Assembly: GCA_026770705.1 (NCBI GenBank)
Contig: JANJGN010000049.1
Span: forward strand, 2,604,001-2,668,000
DNA length: 64,000 bases
Direction: 5' to 3'
DNA from: Isurus oxyrinchus
Taxonomy: Eukaryota
Made by a program: the position numbers and the translations under genes. A model generated the notes under the pieces. The model did no database searches and was not told where the DNA came from. It was given only the letters and a program-made list of their open reading frames with translations. This document shows, one piece after another, positions 50,441-62,934 of this stretch. Position 1 is the first letter of the stretch. Each line of letters starts with the position of its first letter.

Positions 50441-52469
50441 GGCTGCACTAGATTTTGTTCTGTTCAGTTTAACCCAGGTCCTGTATCAGTAATCACAGAA
50501 CTTGACCCTCCCTCATTTTATATCAAATTACTGATTACATCAGTAATCACTGCACTTGCCCCTGCCCCAGTTTATATTCACAAAGGCTCTTAATCAGTAA
50601 TTCCTTCAGTAGGCATTGTCTCAGTTTACATTAATCTCTGCACAGTAACAGTCATCGCTGCACTAGGCACTGTCACAATTTATATAGATCTATGTCTTGT
50701 ATCGGTAATCATTGCACTTTGCCATGCCTCCATTCATTTAAATCTAAACCCTGTTACACTAATCACTGCTACTAGACCTCATCTCTGTTTATATTCATCC
50801 AGGGGCTTAATAAGTAATTCTTTCACTAGGCCCTGTTTCAATTGATATTAATCTACGGTCTGCATTGTCAATCAAAGCACGAGACTCTGCCTCAGTCGTT
50901 ACTGATCAAACCCTGTATCATCAATCACTGCCCCTAGGCACTGTATGAAATTATTTTCCTCCAGTTACTTTATATGTATTGGCTGCAGTGGATTCAGCCT
51001 CAGGTTTTCTGCTCTAGACAATGTCTCTGTTACTGTTACAGCCGAACCTACTTCATCTAATATTAAAATAGTCCATATCTTTATTTCTATTAAATTAGGC
51101 TAGTCTCAATTATCACCTTCAAGCCGAAGTGTTTTTTAAATTACATAAGGTTGTTCCTCGCTTAGACTGATCCAAACACTGTTTATGTTTACAACACACT
51201 AGGCCACAGCTCATTTAAGACTACACTAAACACCATTTCATAGACAGACAGATAGATAGATAGATAGATAGATAGGCAGGCTTCACGAAACACATTTAAT
51301 CTCCATCTCTCTCTCTGTCTCTATCTCTCTCTCTCTCTCAACAGCTCAGCCACTTGACCTCTTTTCTTTCCAAAACAGCAACTCACTCATGTAAACTCTC
51401 TCAGACACAACATAAATTATTTAACTCCGCTCTCACACAGAGGCCATTTAACTCTCACAATCTCTCTTGTCCCTTTCTCAGACAGCACATGATTAATTTA
51501 AAACATTCTTTACCCGAAGGGTCATCCATGAGGGATTTTTTATTTTTTATTTGTTTCTCCCTGTGATAATCCCCAATCCACCTCCACCTTCAGTAAATAT
51601 GCCACAAACAACAGAAACTCATTTGTTTTGTTCTTTTATATGGGAATGGAGGTGAATGCAATGTTAAAACTAGGAACAATCTATGCTGTGCTTCTTGATG
51701 CTGTCAATGTAAGTTTACCCTCACAGGCAGGAAGTCTGTTCATGGTGATAACATGAAACTGACGGCTGCTGTTTCATTCTCAGGTAACACTACTTCCTGT
51801 TTCTCTGCTGCTGGTTCCTAACCGCACATCTCACTTCTGAGCAGAAAATAAATCCAGGGGCCACAATCTGGTGGAAACATCTGTCAAGGCGGCCTATACC
51901 TGGCCACAGAGTCAGTGCAGAGTCACACAGATCACATTACGGTGAGATTTACAAATTGGTCTGCTGTGATCTATTTAGAGTTACCATTCCAGGACATAAC
52001 TGGAGCTGCCTGAGGATCAGTCACTGAACTTCTCCTGTTTTCCCAAGCCGGGAAATGACCGCTTGCTCCGTTATATTTTGGGCCATTTTTTCCATGTTAC
52101 CTGTTGGCTTTATTTCTCAACTTATCTCTCTCGCCATCTCTTCCTTCTTTCTCGTTTCCCTCATTTAGTCTTATGCTCTGTCTGTCAGTTCCGGCATCTC
52201 TCTCCATCTCTGCATCCCTTTCATACACATGTTCAAAATCATTATTGGTTGGATGGAGTAAATAAAGAGACCCCGGTTCAGCTGGCACAACAATCACTGA
52301 TCAGAGATGACAGATTCAGATTAATTCAACTGGATGGTGAGAAGAGGAGGACTGATTTTTTTTTAACACCGTGAGTTGTCATGAGCTGGAATGAACAACC
52401 TGAAATGATAGCAGAAGCGAATTCAACTTTGGAAATGGGATACATACGTCACAGCTTAAAAGCTGCTGG

Positions 52470-53620
52470 ACAATAGAAACATAGAACCCTAGAAAAGTTA
52501 TGGTGCAGAAAGAGACCATTCAGCCCATTGTGATTGCACTGGCCAAAAATAAAAGAAACTCACCACTCATTTTAATCCCACTTCCCAGAACCTGGTCCAT
52601 AGCCTTGCAGGTTACAGCAGTTCAGGTGCAGATCCAGGTGCCTTTTATGTGGGCTGACCGTTTCAACTTCAACCACCAACTTATGCAGTGAACTCCGGAT
52701 GTCCACCACCCTCTGGGTGAAAATGATTTTCCTCATGTCCCCTCTAATCTGTCTACCAATCACCTTAAATCTCTTCCCCCTGGTAATTGACGGTTCAGTG
52801 ACGAGAAACAGCTCTTCCCTGTCTGCCCTATCTAGGCCCCTCGTCATTTTGTACACCTGAATAATGTCACCCCTTAACATTCTCTGTTCTAAGGAAAACA
52901 GCCCTAACCTATATAATCTCTTCTCATAGCTGCTATTTTCAAGCCCTTGCAACATTCTTGTAAATCTCCTCCAAGCTCTCTGCGAGCGATCATGTTTTCC
53001 TGTAACGTGGTGACCAGAATTGTAGGCAAAGCTCCAGCTGTAGTTTAACCAGCGTTTTACACAGTTCCATTATTATAACCTTGCTTTTCTGTTCAACACC
53101 TCGCCCAATGAAGGAAAGCATTCCATATGTTTTCTAGACCAACTTGTCCAAATGTTCCGCCAACTTTTGGGGAGCTGTAAACATCCACCCCAAGATCTCG
53201 CACTTCCTCAACCTCTCAATATCTTCCTGTTTATTGAGAATTCCTTTGCTTTGTCCCCTCCGCCCTCTCAAAAGCATTAGCTCACACTTCTTCAGATTGA
53301 ATTCCATTTGCCACTTTGCCTAATCAACCAAATCAGTCATGTCATTTTGGAGTCGACAGCTATTCTCTCCACTATCAAGTACACGGCCAATTTTTGAGTC
53401 AGCTGCAAATTTCCCAATCATGCCTCCCACGTTAAAGTTTAAGTTATTAATACATATAATAAACAGCAAGGGCCCAGCACTGAGAGCTTTGGAAAAGCGC
53501 TGGGAACCGTTGCCCTTTCGCAGAAACATCAGTTGACCATCACCCTTTGTTTCCTGTCGTGAGACAAATTTGAATCCGACCTGCCACCTTCCCCTGTATA
53601 TCCTGAGTTCTCACTTTCCT
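52470..53620 (-). mobile_element. CR1 LINE 3' remnant
   Basis: SYEKRLYRLGLFSLEQRMLRGDIIQVYK and GPLLFIICINNL...KFAADSKIG. Confidence 0.88.
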
Positions 53621-55099
53621 GACCATTGGGGAATGTAACTCATTGGACAGATCTTTAAAAGAGCCGACACAGGCACGATGACTTTAAGGCCTTTTTCAAC
53701 GATTTTCTGCCTTTCTTACAGTTCATCTTTCTGTATTTATGTATCTTCTTGTTGCAGTATCATTTCGGTACTTCCTCTGTCCTTTATTGGGCCCAAATAA
53801 AATGTGATAATTACACAGTTTACCTGGTGGGCGAATCCTGCGGTCTGAAAGTGTCTGTACGTGTAATGCTGATAATTGTCAGCTATCTTTCAAGAGTTTA
53901 TTTATAAACTTCAAGTGAATGCCCCTGGATCGAACTCTGATCAAAAAATCACCACCTCCTGAATCTCTGTGGCACTGAATTTTGCACTGGGGAAATTTTG
54001 CTATTTGACCTTTTCAGTCACAATGAAAATCAAGCACAAGATTGAAAATGTCGGTTTGTTTGAGCGGTCAGATTCGGCCCGTGTGCCTCTGTGCAACTCC
54101 AAAACTGCAGGATAAACGGTGAAGGAACAGATCCGTTTCTGTTCCTCTGGCAGGTGCATCACTGTCACCTCAGATATCAGAAACCTCTGCAGTCTCATTG
54201 CCTCCCCTTGGGTAAATTCATTCTTTGTGAGCAGGTGTCAGTCACACGGGCCTTTGTCATGATATCTCCATGACTTTCTTATCACACAATTCCCTCCCCC
54301 GCTCATCATTGCATAGGAGCCTGCACTATCCCCAAAACGCAATTGTTCCCTTCCAGTTTGCTTTACAATTACATTCGGATGTTCTTTGCTCATCTACCTC
54401 GCTCAATGCAAGAGTACAAGCGGTAAAAACGACCTCTGTCATTTATACATTGCAGGCGGCCTCTGTGATCATTATTATACCAGGCTCCAATCTGCCGGGC
54501 CATGTAATCGCCACTTGTTTCATTAACTTAACTGGAAGAATAATTTTTTAGTGAACACGCTATTCAAACGTGTGATTGTGTCGCAGGAACCCCTGTCTGG
54601 CTGCGACACTGTACAGGGTTGTTCTGTTTGCTATTATTCCCACACCGATTCTGAGTATAAGAAAATATTGGGCAGAAGGGCGTAAAAGCAATTAAACTTG
54701 AATTTATACTGACACCTGCAGAACCCACTCAGTTTATGGGGTCCAGTCTCTTTTTCTCATTCATTCACGGCATGTGAGCTTCGCTGGCTGGGCCAACATT
54801 TATTGCCCATCCCATATTTCCCTTGACAAGGTGGTGGTGAGCTGCCTTCTTGAACCACGCAGTCCATATGTTGTAGGTACACCTGCAGTGTTGTTAGGGA
54901 GAGAGTTGTAGGATTTTAACTGGAGAGAGACTGGAACCCAAATATTCTGAGCCATGAGTGAGATTGTTGCCAAATATTCAACACGAACATGATCTGTTCA
55001 TAGTCCCCATCGCAAACCTTATTCCATTCAGAGTTCAATGGTCCTTGATTCTGTTATTCGGCAAATTATTTGCAAAGTTTTCGGAATCACACGCACTAA

Positions 55100-55760
55100 T
55101 GTATGACACCTTAACTTCGGTTTTGATGCACTAGACGCCGACTGTGCTCTCAGCACACTGGATTCAGTGATGTGTTCAGTAATACACTGCAACCTGCGGC
55201 TGTTAGTATTGGATCGAACACTGTCCTCGTTACACTAAAATTAAACAATGCCTTTGCTGTAATCACTCTGAGCTCTGAGTCCATTCTTAGTGCATCGCCT
55301 CGTATTTCGGTAATTATTACACTTCACTCCCGCCACTGTTCCAGCCAGAAAATAACCTGCTTATCCATCCAATTTAATACTCTGCTCTTACTATGGGAAC
55401 ATTGTTCCCGTCTATTTTCAACAGTAACATGTTCCTAACATTGATGAATTTGACAGTAATCACTTAGTGATAAACTGGTACCTATTTCGGATATCATTGT
55501 GCAAAGTATTGTATCCATTGTGATTAGACAAAGACTTATTTCTTCTATCTTTACACTAGGACCTATCTCTGCTATTAATGCAGTAGTACATATCTTTGCT
55601 TATATTGCACCGGGTCCTGTCTCTGTTATAACCACACTAGATTATCTCTGTTTCCATTACAACAGGCCCTAGCTTTGTTAATACTGCATCAACCCATATA
55701 TCTGTTTGCTATACATCGGCCCTGCATCTGTTTATGCTACAAAGAGCCTGAGTCATTACA
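55100..55760 (+). repeat. Degenerate 27-bp satellite tract
   Basis: CACTAG..CCT(A/G)TCTCTG.TAT units. Confidence 0.6.
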
Positions 55761-56290
55761 TGGAACATACAGCATAGAAGCAGAATGTGCAGTGCGAAAA
55801 GGATTAGTGCAGATGTAGTGGAAAGAGTGGAAGTAACACTCAATTGTTGCAGAAACAAAAGTGTGAAAATTCCCTGGAGATCAAGGAATGTTTCAACCCT
55901 TTCCATCCCTCTGAGTAATAAACCATAGAATTACAGTTATATTAACCTCACAACAGGTACAGTTTCAATTTGTCCATTTTGCTTCCACAAATGATCACAG
56001 ACTCACTGTATAGACAGGAAATTCTGTGAGATGCTGATGTGATCATTTGCCAATAAATTGCCCTTATTCTCGAGGTGATGTAATCCACATTCCATCTGAT
56101 CACCTGAGACAGATAACTCCAGCTGGGAAATGACCTGGACAGTCTGCAATCACTTTATAAACAAGAGCACACAGCAGAATGGTTATTAATAATTAGTTAC
56201 AATATTAAACGATCTTCAGTTGAAATACATGAATTGTTCTTTTTGGGGTGTTAACACATTCACTGAAGTTGCAGAAAGACCGTGAGGTGT

Positions 56291-56326
<36 letters not shown>

Positions 56327-56799
56327 TGGAGAGTGAGAGAGAGAGAGAGAAACGGACAGACAGGCAAACAGACGACAGTGACTTATGCGCTGCATCAGAT
56401 AGAGGGGCGAGCGACAGATTGGTAATTGGTACCTTCATCTTAGTAACGATGTATGCCATGACTTTCTATACAATGGCACAGAGTAGAAAATTGGACCAAT
56501 ATTTTTTTTTCTGCATTAAAAGATCGGCAGCCACAATTTGAAGAAGAGAACATGAAATGCCAAAAAATGGTGAAAGTAAATTATTTATATTCGAGGAATT
56601 ACAGTGCAAGTGTGAAGAATGATTCTCTTCATGAAAACAAACAGAACAGGTGGCATCTGATACATGATACTGTCGACTATAATGAAACTGAATATCAGGT
56701 GCTGAATTGGCCGCCGATCTCATGCCACCCATCTTTGGCCAAGGCCAGGGACCATTTTCTAGCTCATTACCTTTATTTATATTATCTCTCTATTTCACA

Positions 56800-58260
56800 T
56801 AGACACAGCCTAGCGCAGTAATAACTCAGGCTGGATTAGCTTAATTTAAGGTATGAAACTGTTTTCTGAAGTAATAATAGAGATCAGGACTAGTGCAATA
56901 TAAACTGAAAAGGGGTCCAGTTTAGCATTAAAAAGGCAGAGTCTAGTGCAATAATAACTGCGACTGCATCTTCTGTAACTTGTGAGACATCAGAGATAGG
57001 GCTAACGTAATATAAGCAGAGACATGGAGTAGTGCAGCAACAACTAAAACAAAGCTTAGTGCTGTGTATAGGGACCATTAGTCCAGCGCAGTAAGAACTG
57101 GGACTTTGCCGTGTGTAACACAAAAAGAGACATGGTATAGTTCCAGAACAACTGAGATGGGGCCAAGCACTGATATAACTGAGGCAGGAACTGGTGTAAT
57201 ATTATGATAGGATCCATTTGGATATAAACCGAGACAGGGTCAGGTGCAGCAATACTGAGACAGGGCCGAGTGCACCAAATATTGATACAACATCTTCAAT
57301 AATTGAAAAGGAAACTGGGTCAAGTTTAATAATTACTGAAACAAGGTCCAGCCTGTTAGTAATAGACGTGGCCTTGTGTAAAATAATCACAGGCATGGTC
57401 TGCACTGCATACAAAAACACAGGGTCTATTTCTATATTAACACATGCAAGGAAACGTCCAGCGGAATGTCAGCAGAGACATGACCTTGACTGACATGAAC
57501 AGAGAGATGATCTAGTGTAACATAAATAGAAGTGCGATCTCGTGGATTATAAAGTGAGGCAGTGCTGAGTGCAGGAATAGATGAGGCAGTAGCGTGTGTA
57601 ATTTGAGCAGAGACGTGGACTGACGAAGTAATAAAGGAGACAGAATCTAGTGTAAAGAAACTGACACAGGGTCTAGTGCAGTTTAACTTGATAAAGGACC
57701 TTGTGCAATATCAATTAAAATAAGACCTAGTGCAATCACTCCCAGCCAAGTACCTAGATTAATACCAATAGAAACCTGGACAAGTGCGGCAATGAGAGAG
57801 ACATGGTATAGTACAATAGTAACAGAGAAGGGACATTGTGTGATATAAACGGAAATTTATATGCGCAGCATTAACTGTGAAATTGTCAAGTTCAATATAA
57901 ACGTGGCAGAGTAAAAACTGAGACACAGCCTCGTGTGATACAACCATGAGCATGTTCTGGTTTAGTATTAAAAGAGACAGGGCCTAGTTCAGTAACAATT
58001 GAGACATGACCTAATGTCATGTTCGCCGAGAAATGATTCAGTGCAGTCATAACTGAGAGGAGGTTTGATATAATACAAAGAGGGCCCGGAGCAGGTATAT
58101 CAACAACAGAGATTGGGCTGAGTAAGGAAACAAATAGACATGACGTGCTGTAAGATCATCAGAAATATGACCCTGTGATATGATCAGAGACGGAGTCTAG
58201 TTTAATGTGAACAGAGATAGCGTCCATTTCGGTAACAATTGAGAGAATGCCTGTTTAATG
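56800..58260 (-). repeat. Inverted degenerate 27-bp satellite tract
   Basis: ACTGAGACAGGG(T/C)CTAGTGCA units. Confidence 0.8.
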
Positions 58261-58276
58261 TAAAGTACCACGGCTT

Positions 58277-58295
58277 CACTGCCATCTGCTGGACA
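58277..58295 (-). promoter_or_regulatory. CTCF-like motif TGTCCAGCAGATGGCAGTG
   Basis: Full match to the CCASYAGRKGGCRS core. Confidence 0.65.
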
Positions 58296-58559
58296 CACGT
58301 TGCTATTATCAATGCCGTTTAAATGCCAATTTCAGTTAATGCTTGTGAGGTCATTGATAAAAATATAAATCATTGAATCATGGAATGCTTGCAGCACAGA
58401 AAGAGGCCTATAAAGCTTAGGAGATTTTGAGATATAAAACTATTTTAGTTAAAATATCTACGTTCCGAATTCTTGATTTATAATAATGGAGTATTCAACT
58501 GCGCCTGACCGAACAAGTTCCCAATAAATGGTATTTATGGATCAAGTAAAATTTATTAA

Positions 58560-61060
58560 GCAATATTTTCAGGAAGAGAGTTCCAAATACTCAAGACCCA
58601 CAGAGATAAAGGAAAATCGTCCCATCTACGGTTGAAATGAGTAGCCCCTTATTTTTAAACAGTAACCACTAGTTCCAGGTTATCCAATAAGAGGAAACAT
58701 CCTCTGTACATCCACCCTGTCAAGGACCTCCAGGATCTTACATGTTTCAACCAAGTCGCCTGTTACTCTCCTAAACTCCAGCCTAGCCTGTCTAATTGTT
58801 CCTCATAAAACAATCCGTCCATTCCAGTTATGAATCTGGGAAACCTTCTCTGAACTGATTCTAATGCATTTACATCCTTTCACAAATAAGGCGACCAAAA
58901 CGGCACACAATACTCCAGATGTGGTCTCACTAGTGCTTTGTATAACCGGAGCATAACATCCCTATTTTTAAATTCAATTCCCTTTGCAATCAATGATAAC
59001 TTTCTATTTACTAATTACTTGCTGTACCTGCATACCAGCCTTTAATGATTCACACACTAAGACATCCAGATCACTGAATCTCAGAGCTCTGCAATATCTC
59101 ACCATTTAGATAATATGCTTCTCTTTTATTCTTCCTGCCAAAATGGACAATTTCAAATTTCCAATATTATACTCTGTTAGCCAGACCTTTCCCCCACTGT
59201 CTTTATTTATCTATGTCTTTTTGTAGCCTCCTTATGTCCTCTTCACAACTTACTTTCCTACCTATCTTTGTGTCATCAGCAAATTTGGCAACCATCCCTT
59301 CCATCCCTTCATGCAACTCATTTATATAAATTGTTAAGAGTTGAGGTCCTAGCACTGAGTCCTTTGGCACACTACTCGTTACACCTTGCCAACCTGAAAA
59401 TTCCATTTATTCCTGTTAGCCAACCAATCTTCTATCCATACTAATAAGTTGCCCTATATACCATGGGCTTTTGTCTTCCGTAATAGCCTTTGATGTGCCA
59501 CATAATCAAATGCCTTGTGCCAACCTTACTGCAGTATATCCATCGATTACCATTTATCCACAGCCCATGTTACTTCCTCAAAATCATGCTAGTTCTCCCT
59601 GATTACCTTGAACTTCTCAAAGTTGTCTGCTACAGCTTTTTTCATAGTAGCTTCTTTTTCCCCTTAACAGATGTCAAGCTAACTGGCCTGCAGTTTCCCA
59701 CTTCCTGTCTCCTCTTTTCTATCCCAAACTAAAGGGTCATCCGCTGAATCTAGTGAGCTTAGAAAAACATTAAAGCAATTCCTCAACTATCTCACTAGCC
59801 ACTTCTTTTCAGACCCCAGGATGAAGTCCATCAGGACCCGGGCAGTTGTCAGCCCGCAGCTCCAACTATTTACTCAGCACCACTTCTCTGGTGATTGTAA
59901 TTTTCCTGAGTTCCTCCCTACCTTCCATTTCCTTATTTACAGCTGCTTCTGGAATGTTAATTGTATCCTCTGTAGTAATTACTGATGCAAAGTACCTGTT
60001 CGATTCATCTGCCATTTCCGTGGTTTCCATTAACAATTCTTCATACTCACTTTCTCTGGTGTGAACGCTCACTTCAATAACTCGTCTCTTTACAAAAATA
60101 TATTCATGGAAGCTCTTACTATCTGTTTTTATATTTGTGGCTAACTTTTGGTCGTATTCTATTTTATTCCCCTCTTTATTAAACTTTTAGTCATCTAAAG
60201 CTGATCCTTCTCTTCTGCCCAATCTATTGGCATTCCACCTATCATTGCACAATCATATATTTGTTTTCTTTACGTTTTGTACTCTCGTTCACCTTTCTAG
60301 GTAACCACGGATGGTGTGTTGTTCCCTGGACCCTATTTGTGCTCGCTGGAATGTATATATCCTGTGTATCTTGATATATCCCCTAAAATTAAAACCATTA
60401 CTTCACAATGAACCGATCCCTTAACTTAATTTGCCAATTCACTTTAGTCAGTTCTGCTTTTATGCCCTCATAATTTCCCTCATTCAGTCTTTAAAATACA
60501 GTCTCGGACCCACTCCTCTCTCCCTCAAACAGAATGTAAAATTCAATCATACGATAGTCACTACTACCGAGGGCCACCTTCACCATGAGGTCATTAATTA
60601 AACCCATCTCATTGCACAATACCAGGTCTGGTATAGCCTGCTTTCTAGTTGGCTCTAAAACTAAGAAACAATCCCGGAAGCATTTGATCAGTTCCTCATC
60701 TGGGCTACCTTTACCCAACTGACTTTTCCAGTTCATACGTAGTTTAAAAGCTCCCATGATTATGGTCGTGCCTTTCCAACACGCTCCCATTATTTCTTCC
60801 TTCATGTTACCATGTGATTACTATTAGGAGGCCTGCACACGACTCCTACAAGCGCTGTCTTTACTTTCCCATTTTTCACCTCTATCCAAAGTGTTTGCAC
60901 ATCCTGGTTTGATGAGTTTGGGTCATCCCTCTCTATTCTGCTAAGCCATCATTAACTAGCAGAGCCACCCCTCCTTCCAAAATGCCCTTTGATATTCAAG
61001 TCCCAATCCATGTCCTCCTGCAGCCATGTCTGCAATGGCGATCAAATCGTACTTCTTTAA
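58560..61060 (-). mobile_element. CR1 LINE remnant with internal deletions
   Basis: GVTSSVPKDSVLGPQLLTIYINEL...KFADDTKIG (RT) and PTRKQAIPDLVLCNE...GSSDY (APE). Confidence 0.88.
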
Positions 61061-61759
61061 TTGTGGATGTGCTCTTATTTGGAAAGAAACAAAATTAACC
61101 TCTTTCATTGGCTTGGGGTGAGGCTCATTTGGTGTCACTTCATCTCTGTGTCTAAAGCCATGAACACTGAAGACAAATCTGTATCTCTTATTCCCTGGGC
61201 TCCGGGATGTATATTCAATTGTGAGCAAATAATGCACCCTTGTAAATATAGAGCTATTGCAAACAATGTTACTTTCTTCTTATCAACAATACAACTTATC
61301 GTATATAGCCACCTCAACACTTGTTTTAGCACCTTACCAGAGATACAATACATTATTAGTAAATGTTAATAACACCTTCCTACAGTTATGTCAAGACAAA
61401 GGCTGCTCTCCAATACAGATCTTCTGCTTTACGGATATGGTTCGTCAATTGAACCAAGTCATAGATCGTTTAGTTTTAAGATGAGGTGTCGTGTTAAGTT
61501 AAAGCTGCTGAATTCACCTTTTTTGTTTATCCCTTTGAAACTGACAAAGAATCCCTCAATTGCACAATTCAAATAAAACAAATATAATTAATTGAACCTA
61601 AGCTTCTCTGTTCCTTAAAGTAATTAAGGCAATAACACCGGTTCCTGCTCCCAGCCTAAAAGCTATATAGCCTCAATAGCAGAACCTCAAACTGAACTGT
61701 AAAGATAAGATAAATATTATTTCGTATCAACATAAAACCATATAATATTCGTAGTATTA

Positions 61760-62380
61760 TCACTACTTAAAGGCCATTTCGTTTGTTCTTACTGTTCTTG
61801 TCTTGTGAAGGATTAATTCATCTCCTGCCACCCTCTGTCTGCTCCCCGTAGGCCAGATGTTTTCCTCCTTTTCATATAATTATCCAATCCCATTTTGAAT
61901 GACTCGATTGTCACGGCCTCCACCACATCCTCACGCAGTCCATTCAAGGTTCTATCCACTCGCTGCATAAATAAAAGCATTTCCTCATGTCGCTAACATT
62001 TATTTTCCCAATTACCTTAAATCTGTGCCCCTTGGTTCTCGATCCTTCCACCAATTGGACCGTTTTCTACTTTCAACTCTGTCCAGACCCATCTAGATTT
62101 TGAATACATCTATAAATTCTGCCTCAACCTTTTCTCCTCTATGGAAAGCAGTACCAATTCCTCTAATCTGCCAGTTTAACTGAAGGTCTCCATCCCTGGA
62201 ACCATTCTCGTGAATCTTTCCTACTCTCTCACTGATACTTTCACACTTTTCCTAAAGTGTGGTGCCCAGAACTAGACGCAATGCTCATGTTGAGACTTTA
62301 ACAGTGTTCGAAAAACTCTTTGATTTTGAACTTTGTGCCCCAATTTATAAAGCCTCAGATACCATATGATTTATTATCCA
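61760..62380 (-). mobile_element. CR1 LINE 3' remnant
   Basis: gtgtggtgcccagaactagacgcaatgctc is the reverse of an EHCVxFWAPH motif. Confidence 0.7.
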
Positions 62381-62389
62381 GCCTGTCAG

Positions 62390-62850
62390 CACTAACAACA
62401 GAGACAGGGCATCGTGTTATATAAACAGAACATGGACTTGTGCAGCATTCACTGTGACCTCCTCTAGCTTAATATAAACATGGCAGGGTCAACTCAAGTA
62501 ATAACTGAGGGAAAGCCTCAGTGTAATGCAAACAGGCACATGTTCCAGTTTAGTACAAAGGGAGACATTGTACAAGGTATTATCAATTGGGACATGAAGT
62601 TTTGTCATGTTAGCTGAGGCATGGTTCCGTGCAGTAATAACTGAGATGTCTCACAGAAGAGAAAGAGGGCTTTGGTTGAGCAGAGATTGGGCCGAATACA
62701 GAAATAAGTGAGACATAGCCTCCTCTAATATAATCAACGACACGACCTAGTGTTATTTAAACAGGCACGGGGTCTAGTTTGATATGAGTAGAGACAGGGC
62801 CATTGCAGTAACCATCGAGAAATGCCGGCCTCACGCAATTTGAACAATCA
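62390..62850 (-). repeat. Inverted degenerate 27-bp satellite tract, paralogous to about 57800-58270
   Basis: Shared atgttc..gtttagta...gagaca...caattg.gacatga...tgtcatgtt.gc.gag string. Confidence 0.75.
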
Positions 62851-62856
62851 CGGTTT

Positions 62857-62875
62857 CGGTTCCATCTGCTGGACA
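62857..62875 (-). promoter_or_regulatory. CTCF-like motif TGTCCAGCAGATGGAACCG
   Basis: Paralog of 58277-58295, preceded on the minus strand by the upstream-motif-like TGCAATAGCA. Confidence 0.5.
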
Positions 62876-62934
62876 AATCTTGCTATTGCAGATGCTGTGG
62901 AAATGCTGATTTAATTTACTGTTTCTGACAGCAA

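Larger units (their letters stand above)
40400..51230 (+). repeat. 27/54-bp satellite array (best conserved 40720-49660)
   Basis: Alternating monomers TAGACCCTGTATCAGTAATCACTGTAA and TAGACCCTGTCTCAGTTTATATTAATC. Confidence 0.95.
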
